Positions 36,257 through 46,436 of a stretch of DNA of 64,000 bases are shown here, in pieces (position 1 is the stretch's first letter; every line of letters begins with the position of its first letter). The position numbers and the translations under genes are program-made. Source of the stretch: Candidatus Moraniibacteriota bacterium (GTDB lineage Bacteria; Patescibacteriota; Minisyncoccia; Moranbacterales; DUUL01); contig JBFHFF010000002.1 in NCBI GenBank assembly GCA_041583775.1, positions 128,274 to 192,273 of the forward strand, written 5' to 3'. The notes under the pieces are model-generated. The model saw only the letters and a list, made by a program, of their open reading frames with translations, was not told the origin of the DNA and did not search any database.

Positions 36257-38359
36257 ATGAAAAAATTAAAAATTCCAAAAAGCGTTCAGCGCGTTCTAAT
36301 GAAACTGGAAAAATCTGGCTTTGAGGTTTTTGTGGTTGGTGGTTGTGTTAGGGATATTTTGTTAGGAAAAAACCCAAAAGACTGGGATGTTACAACAAAT
36401 GCGACTCCAAGGCAAGTTATGGGGATTTTTTTGGATGCAAAATATGAAAATGATTTTGGAACAGTTTTGATTTCTGATAAATATCTCACGGGATATGAAA
36501 TTGTGTCAGATAAAATTGAAATAAAGCCAGAGATAAAGGAAAAAATTATCAAGATAGCCAAAGAAAAATATCTTGCAAAAATAAAATGCAAAGGTCATAG
36601 CGTTCAACATTCAAAAAATGTGACAAAAAATGCCCTGGAAATAGCAAAAACATTTAAGAGAATAAATCCTGATTTTATTGAGATTATTTCAATATTTCAT
36701 GATTCTGGAAAGGCACTTATTAAAAATCAAGAAAACTCAGGACATATAGAAAGATCTCAGTTTATCATAGAAAAGGAAATTAAAGAATTTTTTCCGAAAA
36801 AAGAAGTGGAAATTTTTAAAAAAGCAATTTCACACAACCCTAGTGTTGTAAGGGAAAATTTAGAAAATCAGATCTTGGTAGAAGCGGATTTAATTGATGG
36901 GCTTTGTGCTGAAAGAATTAATGCAATGAGTGGTGATGCAAAAAAGGAACATATAGATTGGGTTGGGAAATATTTCAATAAAAAGGGTGCTTTTAAAGAG
37001 ATAATTACGGTTAGAGGGAAAGAATTAATGTCAGAAGCAATTAATTTATACAATCAAGCAGATTTTAATTTTCAGCTACCGCAAATAGAAATTTCAAAAA
37101 ATGAGAATATTGAAATAACAACATATCGAACAGAGTCGGTTTATTCAGATAAAAGACACCCAGACGAGGTTGAATTTGCAGAAACATTAGAAGAAGATCT
37201 TTCGAGAAGAGATTTTACGGTCAATGCAATGGCATTAAAACAACTCACAAAAGAAAAGAAGGAATTAAAAGAGTTTTTAATTTCCGATGAATATCAAATA
37301 ATAGATTTGTTTAAGGGAAGTTTAGATATTCAAAATAAACTTATAAGAGCAGTTGGGGATCCAAAAGAGCGTTTTGCTGAAGATGCGCTTAGAATGTTAA
37401 GAGCAGTTCGTTTTGCCACCTCTTTAGGGTTTGAAATAGAGGAAAAAACTAAAAAAGCAATCCAATATAAAATTAAAAATCTAACCTTCGTTTCAATAGA
37501 AAGAATCAGAGATGAATTTGAAAAAATCATACTTTCAGAGCATCCAGGGAGAGGGGTGGAATTGCTTATTGAAACAGGCTTGATGAAGTTTATTATTCCA
37601 GAAGTATTAGAAACGATAGGTGTTGAGCAGAATCACCATCATTATTATGGTAAATACAACACCGTTTATAAACATTTGGTAGCAAGCCTAGAAAAATGCC
37701 CATCAAAGGAACTAGAAGTGAGACTAGCAGCCTTTTTACATGATATTGGAAAGCCAGTTGTTAAAAGAGGTGTTGGGGAAAAGGCAACTTTTTATAATCA
37801 TGAATATGTGGGGAGTAAAATGGTTAAAAATATTCTAGAAAGACTTAAATTTACCAGAAAAACAATTGATAAAACAACATTACTCGTTAAAAATCATATG
37901 TTTTATTACAATGTTGATGAGGTTGGGGAATCTGGAGTGAGGCGGGTTGTGAAAAAAGTTGGTATAGAAAACATAAAAGACTTGATTGATGTTCGAATCG
38001 GTGACAGATTGGGGAGTGGAGTCCCTAAGGCTGTTCCTTACAAACTAAGACATTTCCAGTATATGGTTGAGAAAGTTTCAAAGGATCCAATTTCAGTAAA
38101 ACAATTAAAAATAAATGGGGATATTTTAATAAAAGAACTTAAAATAGAGCCTGGTCCGCAAATTGGGGCTATTTTAGAGGTTTTGTTGGCAAAAGTAATA
38201 GAAAATCCAGAAATAAACAAAAAACAGCAACTACTTATTTTAGCAGAAAAGCTTAGAAATGAAGACCTTGGTGATTTAAGGAGGTTTGCGAAAAATAAAA
38301 TTAAACAAGAAAATAAAAAAGAAGAAAAAGAAACTAAAAAGAAACATTGGGTTAAATAA
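36257..38359 (+). CDS. cca: CCA-adding enzyme (tRNA nucleotidyltransferase, class II head plus C-terminal HD domain) carrying a ~215-aa insertion in the head domain that contains a second HD-like motif
   Basis: GGCVRDILLGKNPKDWDV (GG...DxD), then TYRTESVYSDKRHPDEVEFAETLEEDLSRRDFTVNAMAL, a C-terminal HD (FLHDIGK), and the insertion motif GHSVQHS...IISIFHDSGK. The ORF-track start at 36230 overlaps tRNA-Arg, so the start is probably MKKLKIP at 36257. Confidence 0.8.
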   Translation: MKKLKIPKSVQRVLMKLEKSGFEVFVVGGCVRDILLGKNPKDWDVTTNATPRQVMGIFLDAKYENDFGTVLISDKYLTGYEIVSDKIEIKPEIKEKIIKIAKEKYLAKIKCKGHSVQHSKNVTKNALEIAKTFKRINPDFIEIISIFHDSGKALIKNQENSGHIERSQFIIEKEIKEFFPKKEVEIFKKAISHNPSVVRENLENQILVEADLIDGLCAERINAMSGDAKKEHIDWVGKYFNKKGAFKEIITVRGKELMSEAINLYNQADFNFQLPQIEISKNENIEITTYRTESVYSDKRHPDEVEFAETLEEDLSRRDFTVNAMALKQLTKEKKELKEFLISDEYQIIDLFKGSLDIQNKLIRAVGDPKERFAEDALRMLRAVRFATSLGFEIEEKTKKAIQYKIKNLTFVSIERIRDEFEKIILSEHPGRGVELLIETGLMKFIIPEVLETIGVEQNHHHYYGKYNTVYKHLVASLEKCPSKELEVRLAAFLHDIGKPVVKRGVGEKATFYNHEYVGSKMVKNILERLKFTRKTIDKTTLLVKNHMFYYNVDEVGESGVRRVVKKVGIENIKDLIDVRIGDRLGSGVPKAVPYKLRHFQYMVEKVSKDPISVKQLKINGDILIKELKIEPGPQIGAILEVLLAKVIENPEINKKQQLLILAEKLRNEDLGDLRRFAKNKIKQENKKEEKETKKKHWVK

Positions 38360-38445
38360 ATATAAAGAGACTTATTTATTCAAATTTATTCAAAAAAGTG
38401 TTGACCAGAGCGTTTATTTTGTTTATAGTAGCAAGGTGAGAAAAA

Positions 38446-38518
38446 GGGACCATAGCTCAGTGGTTAGAGCAGTCGGCTCATAACCGATTGGTCGGAGGTT
38501 CAAATCCTCCTGGTCCCA
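38446..38518 (+). tRNA. tRNA-Met (anticodon CAT; an elongator Met or lysidine-modified Ile2 cannot be distinguished), no encoded CCA
   Basis: Acceptor GGGACCA/TGGTCCC, anticodon loop CT-CAT-AA, T-loop TTCAAAT. A 1:72 G-C pair argues against an initiator. Confidence 0.8.
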
Positions 38519-38543
38519 CACAAAGTAAAAATAAAAAAAATCA

Positions 38544-39740
38544 ATGAACTCGCCATTTAGGAAGACTAAATATTTTGAAAGGAAACTTTCTCATGGACTA
38601 GTATCATTATTAACCAGCAATGTCATAACAAATATTGCCAGTGGTTTTTTTGGTGTTTTTTTGCCAATATTTCTCTATGAACTTTTCAATAAAAACATTC
38701 AATTAGTAGCTTTATATTACTTAGCATCACAACTTTTATATTTATTTTTTTTACCTCTAGGAGCTCAGTTTTTAAATAAATTTGGCTTTAAACACTCTTT
38801 ACAATTAAGTACTGTTTGCGGAGCACTTTATTATTTGGGTTTAAAGGTTTTAACAATGGAAAATGTCCATTTTATAGTTCCTTTTTTGATTTTAATCATA
38901 ACAATCTGGAGAATTTTATATTGGGTTCCTTTTCATGTTGATTTTGCAAAATTTTCAGGAAAAAGGAACAAGGGTAAGGCTTTAGGACTTATGCAGTCAA
39001 TAATAAGTCTTATTGGTGTTATTGCTCCAGTTGTGGCTGGTTTTGTTATAGTTAAATTTGGATATGATGCTTTGTTTGTAGTGGGAGTTATTCTATATCT
39101 AAGCTCATTATTGCCATATGTAACAATTCCCAAAACCAGGGAGAAATTTTCTTGGGGATATTTTCAGACCTGGAAAAAGTTGTTTAAGAAAAAGCATGTG
39201 GGTACTACACTCGCTTTTATGGCAGATGGAGCCGAAAGTATTGTGGGTGTTATTGTTTGGCCAATTTTTGTTTTTATTATATTAAAAGGTGATTATGTAA
39301 AAATCGGATCAGTCTCATCGGCAGTTGTTTTTTTAACAATGGCAATGCAGTTATTGATGGGAAAATATGCAGACAAAAAACCCAAAAAAAGCATTTTAAA
39401 AATAGGAACCTTTTTATATGCCACTGTTTGGTTGGGGAAAATTTTTATTATAACCTTTTTTCATATTTTTTTGGCTGATATGTTTCATAAATTTTCTAAA
39501 ATTCTTCTCCGAATCCCTTTTGATGCAGCTACATATGAAATTGCTGTGGACCAAGGGCATTATATTGATGAATTCACAGTTTTACACGAAATGGCAGTTT
39601 CTGTGGGAAAAAGTTTAATGTATATTTCAATTATTATTCTTGTCTTTTTTATTTCTTTGAAGTGGGTTTTCGTTTTAGCGGCTATTGCAGCTTTAACATT
39701 CAATATGATTTATTTTGAGGCAAGAGGAAAAAGTGTTTAA
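38544..39740 (+). CDS. Major facilitator superfamily transporter
   Basis: 12-TM-like hydrophobicity pattern with a basic loop motif (FSGKRNKGKALGL) between TM2 and TM3, typical of MFS. Confidence 0.75.
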   Translation: MNSPFRKTKYFERKLSHGLVSLLTSNVITNIASGFFGVFLPIFLYELFNKNIQLVALYYLASQLLYLFFLPLGAQFLNKFGFKHSLQLSTVCGALYYLGLKVLTMENVHFIVPFLILIITIWRILYWVPFHVDFAKFSGKRNKGKALGLMQSIISLIGVIAPVVAGFVIVKFGYDALFVVGVILYLSSLLPYVTIPKTREKFSWGYFQTWKKLFKKKHVGTTLAFMADGAESIVGVIVWPIFVFIILKGDYVKIGSVSSAVVFLTMAMQLLMGKYADKKPKKSILKIGTFLYATVWLGKIFIITFFHIFLADMFHKFSKILLRIPFDAATYEIAVDQGHYIDEFTVLHEMAVSVGKSLMYISIIILVFFISLKWVFVLAAIAALTFNMIYFEARGKSV

Positions 39741-39939
39741 AAGAGAAAAAACATCAAAAAAAAGCCATTTATTGTAATAGTCAACAGTTTATCCACAAGC
39801 AATAAAATACCTAACTAAAGCATTTGTGAAGAAAATGTGGGAAAAATAAAAAAAACTGTGGAAAACTTTCATTTTATGCTAAAACAAGGTTTTTTTGGAA
39901 AAGATAAGAATAAAATTGTTTAAAAGGTGGGGATAAAAT

Positions 39940-41172
39940 GTGAAAAATATGGGAGAAATAACAAAAGGAAAGGAAAATAAAAAACCTCTTGCTGATAGAA
40001 TTAGGCCAAAAACATTAGGCGATTTTTTTGGACAAGAAGAAGTTGTTGGTAAGGAAACCTTTCTTAGAAAAGCAATAACAGACGATACCGTTCCTTCAAT
40101 GATTTTATGGGGTCCTCCTGGAAGTGGAAAAACAACACTAGCTCATATTATTGCAAACAAAACTAAGGCAGATTTCGTTCAATTAAGCGCCGTTTCTAGT
40201 GGAAAGAAGGATTTAATAAAAGTTATTAATAGTGCAAAAGAGAGGATTGAGAGTGAAAACAAGAAAACAATTTTATTTATTGATGAGATTCATCGTTGGA
40301 ATAAGGCACAACAGGACGCCCTTTTGCCATTTGTAGAGAGTGGGATAGTAACATTAATAGGCGCTACTACAGAAAATCCAAGTTTTGAAGTTAATTCAGC
40401 TCTTATCTCTCGAGCAAGAGTTTTTGTTCTACACAAGCTTTCGAAAATGGAAATTATAGGAATTATCAAAAAAACGCTCATAAGACTAGAAAGAGATGGA
40501 AAAAAGGTATTTATTGATAAGGAAGCAGTAACAATATTAGCAGACTTTTCTAACGGGGATGCTAGAATGGCTCTAAACACCTTAGAGGCTTGCATTGAGG
40601 ATTTTATAAGGACAAAAAAAGAGATAAAAAAGGAAAATATCAAAGAGGTTTTACAAAAAACACACCTTCTGTATTATAAAAACGGTGAAGAGCATTATAA
40701 TATAATCTCGGCGTTACATAAATCATTGCGAGGTGGGGATGCTCATGCCAGTGTTTATTGGTTAGCAAGAATGTTAGAGGGAGGTGAGGATCCAGTTTAT
40801 ATTGCGAGAAGGTTAGTGCGATTTGCTGCAGAAGATGTTGGTTTAGCTGATAATCATGCACTTATTTTAGCAAATGCAGTTTTTGATGCTTGTAAAAAAA
40901 TTGGTTATCCAGAATGCAATGTACATCTTTCACAATGTGTTATTTATCTTGCAAAAACCAAAAAAAGCATCTTAGCGTATGATGCTTATAAAGAAGCAAA
41001 AGAAGATGTGGAGAAGTATGGAAATTTAGCAGTGCCATTACACATTAGAAATGCGCCAACAAAGCTGATGAAAAGCCTAGATTATGGTAAGGGTTATAAA
41101 TATACCCCCAAAGAGGACAGTTCGGAGCAGCAATATCTGCCAGATGAACTAAGAAATCGGAAATATTTCTAA
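39940..41172 (+). CDS. rarA: Replication-associated recombination protein A (MgsA/RarA AAA+ ATPase); GTG start at 39940 or ATG at 39949
   Basis: [17 protein letters not shown] (Walker A), [25 protein letters not shown], and the C-terminal MgsA helical domain ([16 protein letters not shown]). Confidence 0.85.
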   Translation: MKNMGEITKGKENKKPLADRIRPKTLGDFFGQEEVVGKETFLRKAITDDTVPSMILWGPPGSGKTTLAHIIANKTKADFVQLSAVSSGKKDLIKVINSAKERIESENKKTILFIDEIHRWNKAQQDALLPFVESGIVTLIGATTENPSFEVNSALISRARVFVLHKLSKMEIIGIIKKTLIRLERDGKKVFIDKEAVTILADFSNGDARMALNTLEACIEDFIRTKKEIKKENIKEVLQKTHLLYYKNGEEHYNIISALHKSLRGGDAHASVYWLARMLEGGEDPVYIARRLVRFAAEDVGLADNHALILANAVFDACKKIGYPECNVHLSQCVIYLAKTKKSILAYDAYKEAKEDVEKYGNLAVPLHIRNAPTKLMKSLDYGKGYKYTPKEDSSEQQYLPDELRNRKYF

Positions 41173-41221
41173 CTCAGAGGGCTCTAAAATGAGCGCTAGG
41201 GAGTTTGAATAGAATAAATAA

Positions 41222-41311
41222 GGAGAAATGCCAGAGTGGTTGAATGGGACGCTCTCGAAAAGCGTTGGGCCCTTACAGGTCCCGGGAGTTCGAATCTCCC
41301 TTTCTCCGCCA
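41222..41311 (+). tRNA. tRNA-Ser (anticodon CGA), class II with a long variable arm and a genomically encoded CCA
   Basis: Acceptor GGAGAAA/TTTCTCC, anticodon stem ACGCT/AGCGT with loop CT-CGA-AA, long variable arm, T-loop TTCGAAT, discriminator G followed by CCA. Confidence 0.8.
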
Positions 41312-41347
41312 AGAATGTAAAAGAATAAGCGATAAAAAACAAAAAAA

Positions 41348-41770
41348 ATGAATCAAAAAAAGATTCTTTTCCCTGACGAAGAGATTTTAGATGGAAAATA
41401 TTTTAACACACATCAAGACTGGGAAGTGCCTATTCCTGGATTTTTTATTATGGCAAACAAAAGAAAGGTTGTCTCGATAAATAATTTCACAGATGAAGAG
41501 TATTTAGAATTTACAGAGTCTTTAAGAAGGATTAGAAAGGGAATGAAGGATGTTTTAGGGATCAAAGAGGTTTATTTGTTTCAAAACGAGGATTCAACAC
41601 ACGGATTCCATCTTTGGATTTTTCCAAGGTATGCTTGGATGGAGGAAATTGGCAAAAAAATTCAATCAGTTAGGCCTATTATGGAATATGCCACTGAAAA
41701 TATGAACACAGAAGAAGTTTTACAGAAAGTTAGAGAAGATGTGATGAAAATGAAAAAATATTTAAACTAA
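41348..41770 (+). CDS. HIT-like superfamily protein with a degenerate histidine triad (HGFHLWIFPR)
   Basis: C-terminal-half pattern EVYLFQNEDSTHGFHLWIFPRY resembles the HIT-family GxNxxxNxGxxAGQxVxHxHxHxxPR region; judged by eye. Confidence 0.4.
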   Translation: MNQKKILFPDEEILDGKYFNTHQDWEVPIPGFFIMANKRKVVSINNFTDEEYLEFTESLRRIRKGMKDVLGIKEVYLFQNEDSTHGFHLWIFPRYAWMEEIGKKIQSVRPIMEYATENMNTEEVLQKVREDVMKMKKYLN

Positions 41771-41777
41771 ACAGAGA

Positions 41778-42296
41778 ATGATAGAACTAGAAAAAACATA
41801 TTTAGCAAAGGAGTTGCCATCTGGTTTAGAAAATTGTGAACATAAAGAAATTATTGATATTTATTTGCCAAAAGAGAGTAAACATCCAGTTTTGAGATTG
41901 CGTAAAAATGGGGATAAATATGAAATAACTAAGAAAAAGCCAGTTGAAGAAGGTGACTCTTCAAAACAACTTGAACAAACGATTATATTAGATAAAAATG
42001 AATTTGAAGCACTGCAAAAAATTCCTGGAAAAAGAGTTGCAAAGGAAAGATATTTATATCCATATAAAGATGTAGTAGCTGAAATTGATGTTTTTAAGGA
42101 GGATTTACAGGGTTTAGTCGTTGTCGATGTTGAATTTGACAAAGAAGATAAAAAAGATAATTTTCAGATGCCAGAATTTTGTCTTTTGGATGTGACACAA
42201 GAAAAATTTCTTGCAGGAGGAATGCTTTGTGGTAAAAAATATCAAGATATTGAAGCTGATTTGGAGAAGTTAGGATATAGCAAACTTGGTTTTTAA
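41778..42296 (+). CDS. CYTH-domain protein (CyaB/ThTPase-like triphosphate tunnel metalloenzyme)
   Basis: N-terminal ExExK signature (MIELEKTYL) and a size (172 aa) typical of standalone CYTH proteins. Confidence 0.6.
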   Translation: MIELEKTYLAKELPSGLENCEHKEIIDIYLPKESKHPVLRLRKNGDKYEITKKKPVEEGDSSKQLEQTIILDKNEFEALQKIPGKRVAKERYLYPYKDVVAEIDVFKEDLQGLVVVDVEFDKEDKKDNFQMPEFCLLDVTQEKFLAGGMLCGKKYQDIEADLEKLGYSKLGF

Positions 42297-43104
42297 TAAA
42301 AAAATGTTAAACATAAATAATAGACCAATTGGGATTTTAGATTCCGGGATTGGGGGATTATCCGTTTTAAAGGAAATAAAAAAACTACTTCCGAATGAGA
42401 AAATTATCTATTTTGCTGATAGTAAAAATTGTCCCTACGGTACTAAAAAAGCAGAAGATGTAAGGAGAATCACCAAAAAAATTATAAATTTTTTAATAAA
42501 GAAAGATTGTAAAATAATTGTAATTGCTTGTAATTCAATAACATCAATGCTCATAAGAGAACTGAGAAAGGAATTTAAAATCCCTTTCGTGGGAATTGAA
42601 CCAGCGATATTAATGGCTGCAAGAGCAACGAAAAATGGTAAAATTGGTGTTTTGGCTACAAAAATGACAACAGAAAGTGATTTTTTCAAAGAAACTAGAA
42701 ATAAGGTTTTATCAAAAATTGAGATTGAGATTGAGATTGGAAGGGGTTTGGTTGAATTAGTGGAAGCTGGTGAAGTTGTGGGAAAGAGGGTAGAGAGAGT
42801 TGTTCTTGATAATTTGGCAAAATTTAAAAGAAAAGGGGTTGATCAAGTGGTTTTGGGATGCACGCATTATCCTTTTTTATTAGAAGAAATGAAAAAGTGT
42901 TTTCCGGAAATCAGTTTTATTGATGGGTCATTTGCAGTTGCTAGGCAAGTAAAAAATGTTTTAGATAAAAATAGATTTAATAATAAGTTTAAGAACGAGG
43001 CCTGTTGCGATGTTTATTTTTCGAAAAGAAGTGAAGGAATGGATTTTTTAATAAATAAAATAGATTTGAAAAAAGTGAGAAAAATGGAAGAAATCGAATT
43101 ATAA
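42286..43104 (+). CDS. murI: Glutamate racemase
   Basis: GILDSGIGGLSV, IVIACNSITS and VLGCTHYPFL motifs. Confidence 0.9.
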   Translation: MVFNKKMLNINNRPIGILDSGIGGLSVLKEIKKLLPNEKIIYFADSKNCPYGTKKAEDVRRITKKIINFLIKKDCKIIVIACNSITSMLIRELRKEFKIPFVGIEPAILMAARATKNGKIGVLATKMTTESDFFKETRNKVLSKIEIEIEIGRGLVELVEAGEVVGKRVERVVLDNLAKFKRKGVDQVVLGCTHYPFLLEEMKKCFPEISFIDGSFAVARQVKNVLDKNRFNNKFKNEACCDVYFSKRSEGMDFLINKIDLKKVRKMEEIEL

Positions 43105-43166
43105 AAAAAGTCTGTGCCTATTGATTTTTAATCTCTTTGATGTTAAAGTGTTTTTGTGTGTTAGAA

Positions 43167-43238
43167 GCCGAGGTAGCTCAGTGGTAGAGCAAAGGACTGA
43201 AAATCCTTGTGTCGGCAGTTCAATCCTGCCTCTCGGCA
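43167..43238 (+). tRNA. tRNA-Phe (anticodon GAA), no encoded CCA
   Basis: Acceptor GCCGAGG/TCTCGGC, anticodon loop CT-GAA-AA, T-loop TTCAATC. Confidence 0.85.
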
Positions 43239-43260
43239 CACTTTTTCTAAAATATAAAAA

Positions 43261-43332
43261 GCGGGTGTGGCATAATGGTAATGCATCTCCTTGCCAAGGA
43301 GAAGATCGCGAGTTCGATTCTCGTCACCCGCT
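43261..43332 (+). tRNA. tRNA-Gly (anticodon GCC), no encoded CCA
   Basis: Acceptor GCGGGTG/CACCCGC, anticodon loop TT-GCC-AA, T-loop TTCGATT, discriminator T. Confidence 0.85.
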
Positions 43333-43345
43333 CAAAAAAATAAAA

Positions 43346-43363
43346 AACTTCCACTTGGGAGTT
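43346..43363 (+). terminator. Rho-independent terminator after the tRNA-Phe/tRNA-Gly pair
   Basis: Stem AACTTCC / GGGAGTT (one G-U pair), loop ACTT, followed by TTTTTTATTTTTTT. Confidence 0.5.
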
Positions 43364-44055
43364 TTTTATTTTTTTGGTGTGAGCTAAAGTAGGGAATTGA
43401 GGGTTTTTTAAAAACGCAAATAGTTTTTTGTTTTTGAAGAAGCAGGTATTGAAGGAGAAGGTGAGAATTAAGCTGTTAACAGGTCGAGTGATGAAGAAAA
43501 ATTATTTTTATTTCTTTATGTAATATGTTTATTTTTTATTTTATCTTTATTTTCTTGATGTTTTTTATGGTGGGGGAGTATTAATTTTGGTAATTAAAAA
43601 GATTTTTCCTTTATTTTGAATGATTTATAGAGCGCCTTTTGTAAGGAGTAGTGACGAGAGATTAAATACTATGATTAGATTAGCAAAAATAAAAAAAGAA
43701 GGATTACGAGGGAAAGTTAAATAGATATCTAACAATAACGACAATTTTAATTTTGATAACTTTTGCATTTAACACTTATCGTGGCTATTCCGAAATAAAG
43801 AAAATTAATGAATACAAATAAAATTGCACTACAGAAAAGTTTTTTTTCGCAACCCACTCTGTGGTTAATAACATTGATTATCGCTATTTTATTTAAACTG
43901 AGATAAGGTAATACAATCTTAATTGTAAACATTAAACAACTAGAGACATTAAAGTTCTAAAACAGTATAAAGATAGGCTGTTTTTATTTTGTAAAAACCC
44001 ATTGCAACAATGGCCTGGTTGTACTACCATTAGGAGTGTAAGTTAAAACAAGAAA

Positions 44056-45261
44056 ATGCGAAATAACCTTGCAAAAATAATAGCGCTTCTAATGCTGGCA
44101 ATTGCCTTTGTTTTGTTGTTTCTTGGTTTGGTGTATTTAAAAAATGCAAAGACAGAAGAAGGTGTGGAAATACAAAAAGAAACCAATAAAATAGAAATTC
44201 TCAAAAAAGAAAAAACAAACAATAAAACAACTGAAATTGGAATTGATTTTCCAATTAAACCACCCTCAATGGAGGTTATGAAAAGAAAAGGTTGTATTAC
44301 AGACGGTCTTCTAAATGGATATGATGAAAATACTAGTGAGGCACTTAAATTAATAAATAGATCCGAATGTAGATATCTTCATCGTGCCATCGAAACTTGG
44401 TTAGAAGCACCTAATTTCATGGAAATTAGAAAAAACAAAGAAGAGATTATTAAACAAGATATGATTTATGGAATGTTTCTTGCGGAAGCGATTGATACAA
44501 AAGCGGAATATTTTTACCCAAAAGAAGGAAGAATGTTTGATTTCGACAAGATGTGCAATAAAGGAACTAAAAATTATTGGGGTGAACATACCTGTAGACC
44601 ATCAATGGCAAGAGAGGAATATCGAAAATATTTAAAATATATCACAGAACAAGCAATAGACATTGGTGTTCAGAGTTTTATGTTTGGTCAAGTTTTTTAT
44701 CAAGACAGTATTTCGAATCCAAGAGTTAGTGAAGTTATTGCTGAGATGAGAGTATATGCCAAAGCAAAAGGGATTGAAATTGTCGTTGGTGCTCAAACAA
44801 ATGACATCACAGACAAAAAATATTTGAAAAATTTTGATTATATTGAAGGTGGTGTTGGTCTTTCACCAAGCGGGGACATTGAGGAAGGCCCTTGTTTTTC
44901 TCGTTGGTGGAAAAAAGAAGGTGATTGGTGTTGGGCTCTTCTGTGGAATGAAAAATTTTCTTCAAATGTCGAAAATGTTTTTTTGCACCTAGATTGGAGC
45001 GGAAAATTAAATGATGATATGAGTACTTTCGCTCAAATGGATGACGAATTACGAGCTAAGACATTAGAAAAACTGTATACATATTTCACAGAAAAGGGAG
45101 ATGGTTTTTTGATGCCAATGTTGGCTGTTTTACCTAAAGAAAATGGCGGATGTTATGGATCCAAAAAAAGATCCTATTCCCCAGATAATAGATATTCTTG
45201 TGGAGATGAAGATGTGATTGATGAAATAATTAAAAAGGCACATATAAAGGCAAAAAACTAG
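44056..45261 (+). CDS. Hypothetical membrane-anchored extracytoplasmic protein (401 aa)
   Basis: N-terminal TM (IIALLMLAIAFVLLFLGLVYL) followed by a Cys/Trp-containing soluble domain; no motif I recognise. Confidence 0.5.
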   Translation: MRNNLAKIIALLMLAIAFVLLFLGLVYLKNAKTEEGVEIQKETNKIEILKKEKTNNKTTEIGIDFPIKPPSMEVMKRKGCITDGLLNGYDENTSEALKLINRSECRYLHRAIETWLEAPNFMEIRKNKEEIIKQDMIYGMFLAEAIDTKAEYFYPKEGRMFDFDKMCNKGTKNYWGEHTCRPSMAREEYRKYLKYITEQAIDIGVQSFMFGQVFYQDSISNPRVSEVIAEMRVYAKAKGIEIVVGAQTNDITDKKYLKNFDYIEGGVGLSPSGDIEEGPCFSRWWKKEGDWCWALLWNEKFSSNVENVFLHLDWSGKLNDDMSTFAQMDDELRAKTLEKLYTYFTEKGDGFLMPMLAVLPKENGGCYGSKKRSYSPDNRYSCGDEDVIDEIIKKAHIKAKN

Positions 45262-45333
45262 ACAAATAATTGATGAGTGTTAATATAAATTGGAGTAAAA
45301 AATAAACATTAACTCGTTAGGAGAGTAATAAAA

Positions 45334-46401
45334 ATGAATATTGAAAATATCTTAGAATATCAATTATGGGGGAATTTAGGGAAACAATGGTTTTTAGCGA
45401 TTCTATTTTTTGTTGGAGCAGTAATTGTTTTTAAAATTTTTTCATCCTTAATTATTTTAAAATTAAAAAAGGCTTCTGAAAAAACAAAAACAAATTTAGA
45501 TGATTTTCTTATTGAATTGATTAGAAATGTGAAACCACCATTTTATTTTTTTATGTCACTCTATGGAGCAACAAAGCTTCTACAGCTCAACGACTTAGTG
45601 GGGAAAATTGTGTTTGGAATATTTTTAATTACAACTGTTTATCAAGCAATTATAATTTTACAAAAAATAATTGATTTTTCTATTAAAAAAGCACTGAAAA
45701 GTTCGGATTCAGACGATGAGATTGATCAAGATAAGGAGGCGATTGTTAGGCTTATCGGACAATTAATAAAAACAGCTCTTTGGATTGTTGGAGTTTTATT
45801 AATTTTTTCTAACTTTGGTATAGATGTTACATCTTTAATTGCAGGTCTTGGAATTGGTGGTATCGCAATTGCTTTAGCTTTACAGAGTATATTAGGGGAT
45901 ATGTTTGCATCTTTTTCAATTTTTGTTGATAAGCCTTTTAAGGTCGGTGATTTTATTTCAATTAGTCCCACAGAGAAGGGAAATGTTGAGAAGATTGGCA
46001 TTAAAACAACAAGGATTAGAACGCTACAAGGACAACAGCTTGTTATTTCAAACAAAAAATTAACCGATAGTCCAGTTGAAAATTTTCGTAGAATGGAGAA
46101 AAGAAGGACGACATTTATTTTTGGGGTTACCTATGAAACGCCACTTGAAAAGTTAAAAAAGATACCTGAAATAGTATCGGATATAATTGAACAGGTTGAA
46201 AATGCTTGTCCAAATAGAGTGCATTTTAAAAAACTAGGAGATTCTAGTTTGGATTTTGAAGTTGTTTTTACTATGAATGTTCCAGGGTATGGAGAATATA
46301 TGGATGCAAAGCAAGAAATTAATTTCGCAATTATGGAAAAATTTGAAAAAGAAGGAATTCAATTTGCATATCCAACACAAACACTTTTTGTGAAAAAATA
46401 A
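45334..46401 (+). CDS. Small-conductance mechanosensitive channel (MscS family)
   Basis: TM3 and beta-domain signature DVTSLIAGLGIGGIAIALALQSILGDMFASFSIFVDKPFKVGDFISI. Confidence 0.8.
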   Translation: MNIENILEYQLWGNLGKQWFLAILFFVGAVIVFKIFSSLIILKLKKASEKTKTNLDDFLIELIRNVKPPFYFFMSLYGATKLLQLNDLVGKIVFGIFLITTVYQAIIILQKIIDFSIKKALKSSDSDDEIDQDKEAIVRLIGQLIKTALWIVGVLLIFSNFGIDVTSLIAGLGIGGIAIALALQSILGDMFASFSIFVDKPFKVGDFISISPTEKGNVEKIGIKTTRIRTLQGQQLVISNKKLTDSPVENFRRMEKRRTTFIFGVTYETPLEKLKKIPEIVSDIIEQVENACPNRVHFKKLGDSSLDFEVVFTMNVPGYGEYMDAKQEINFAIMEKFEKEGIQFAYPTQTLFVKK

Positions 46402-46436
46402 AAATAAAAATTTGAATAATTCGGTTAGTAGATTTT

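Noticed and set aside
38286-38483. 65-aa poly-Lys ORF overlapping the end of cca and tRNA-Met
   Set aside because: The translation is low-complexity (KKKKKK) and it overlaps a tRNA gene, so it is spurious.
43121-43387. 88-aa ORF spanning the tRNA-Phe and tRNA-Gly genes
   Set aside because: It overlaps two well-folded tRNAs on the same strand, so it is spurious.
43437-43500. Possible SRP (4.5S) RNA because of a GCUGUUAACAGGUCG resemblance to the SRP helix-8 region
   Set aside because: The conserved elements appear in the wrong order relative to the GGAA-tetraloop helix, and no complementary closing strand could be found, so this is probably a chance match. A covariance-model search would be needed to confirm or discard it.
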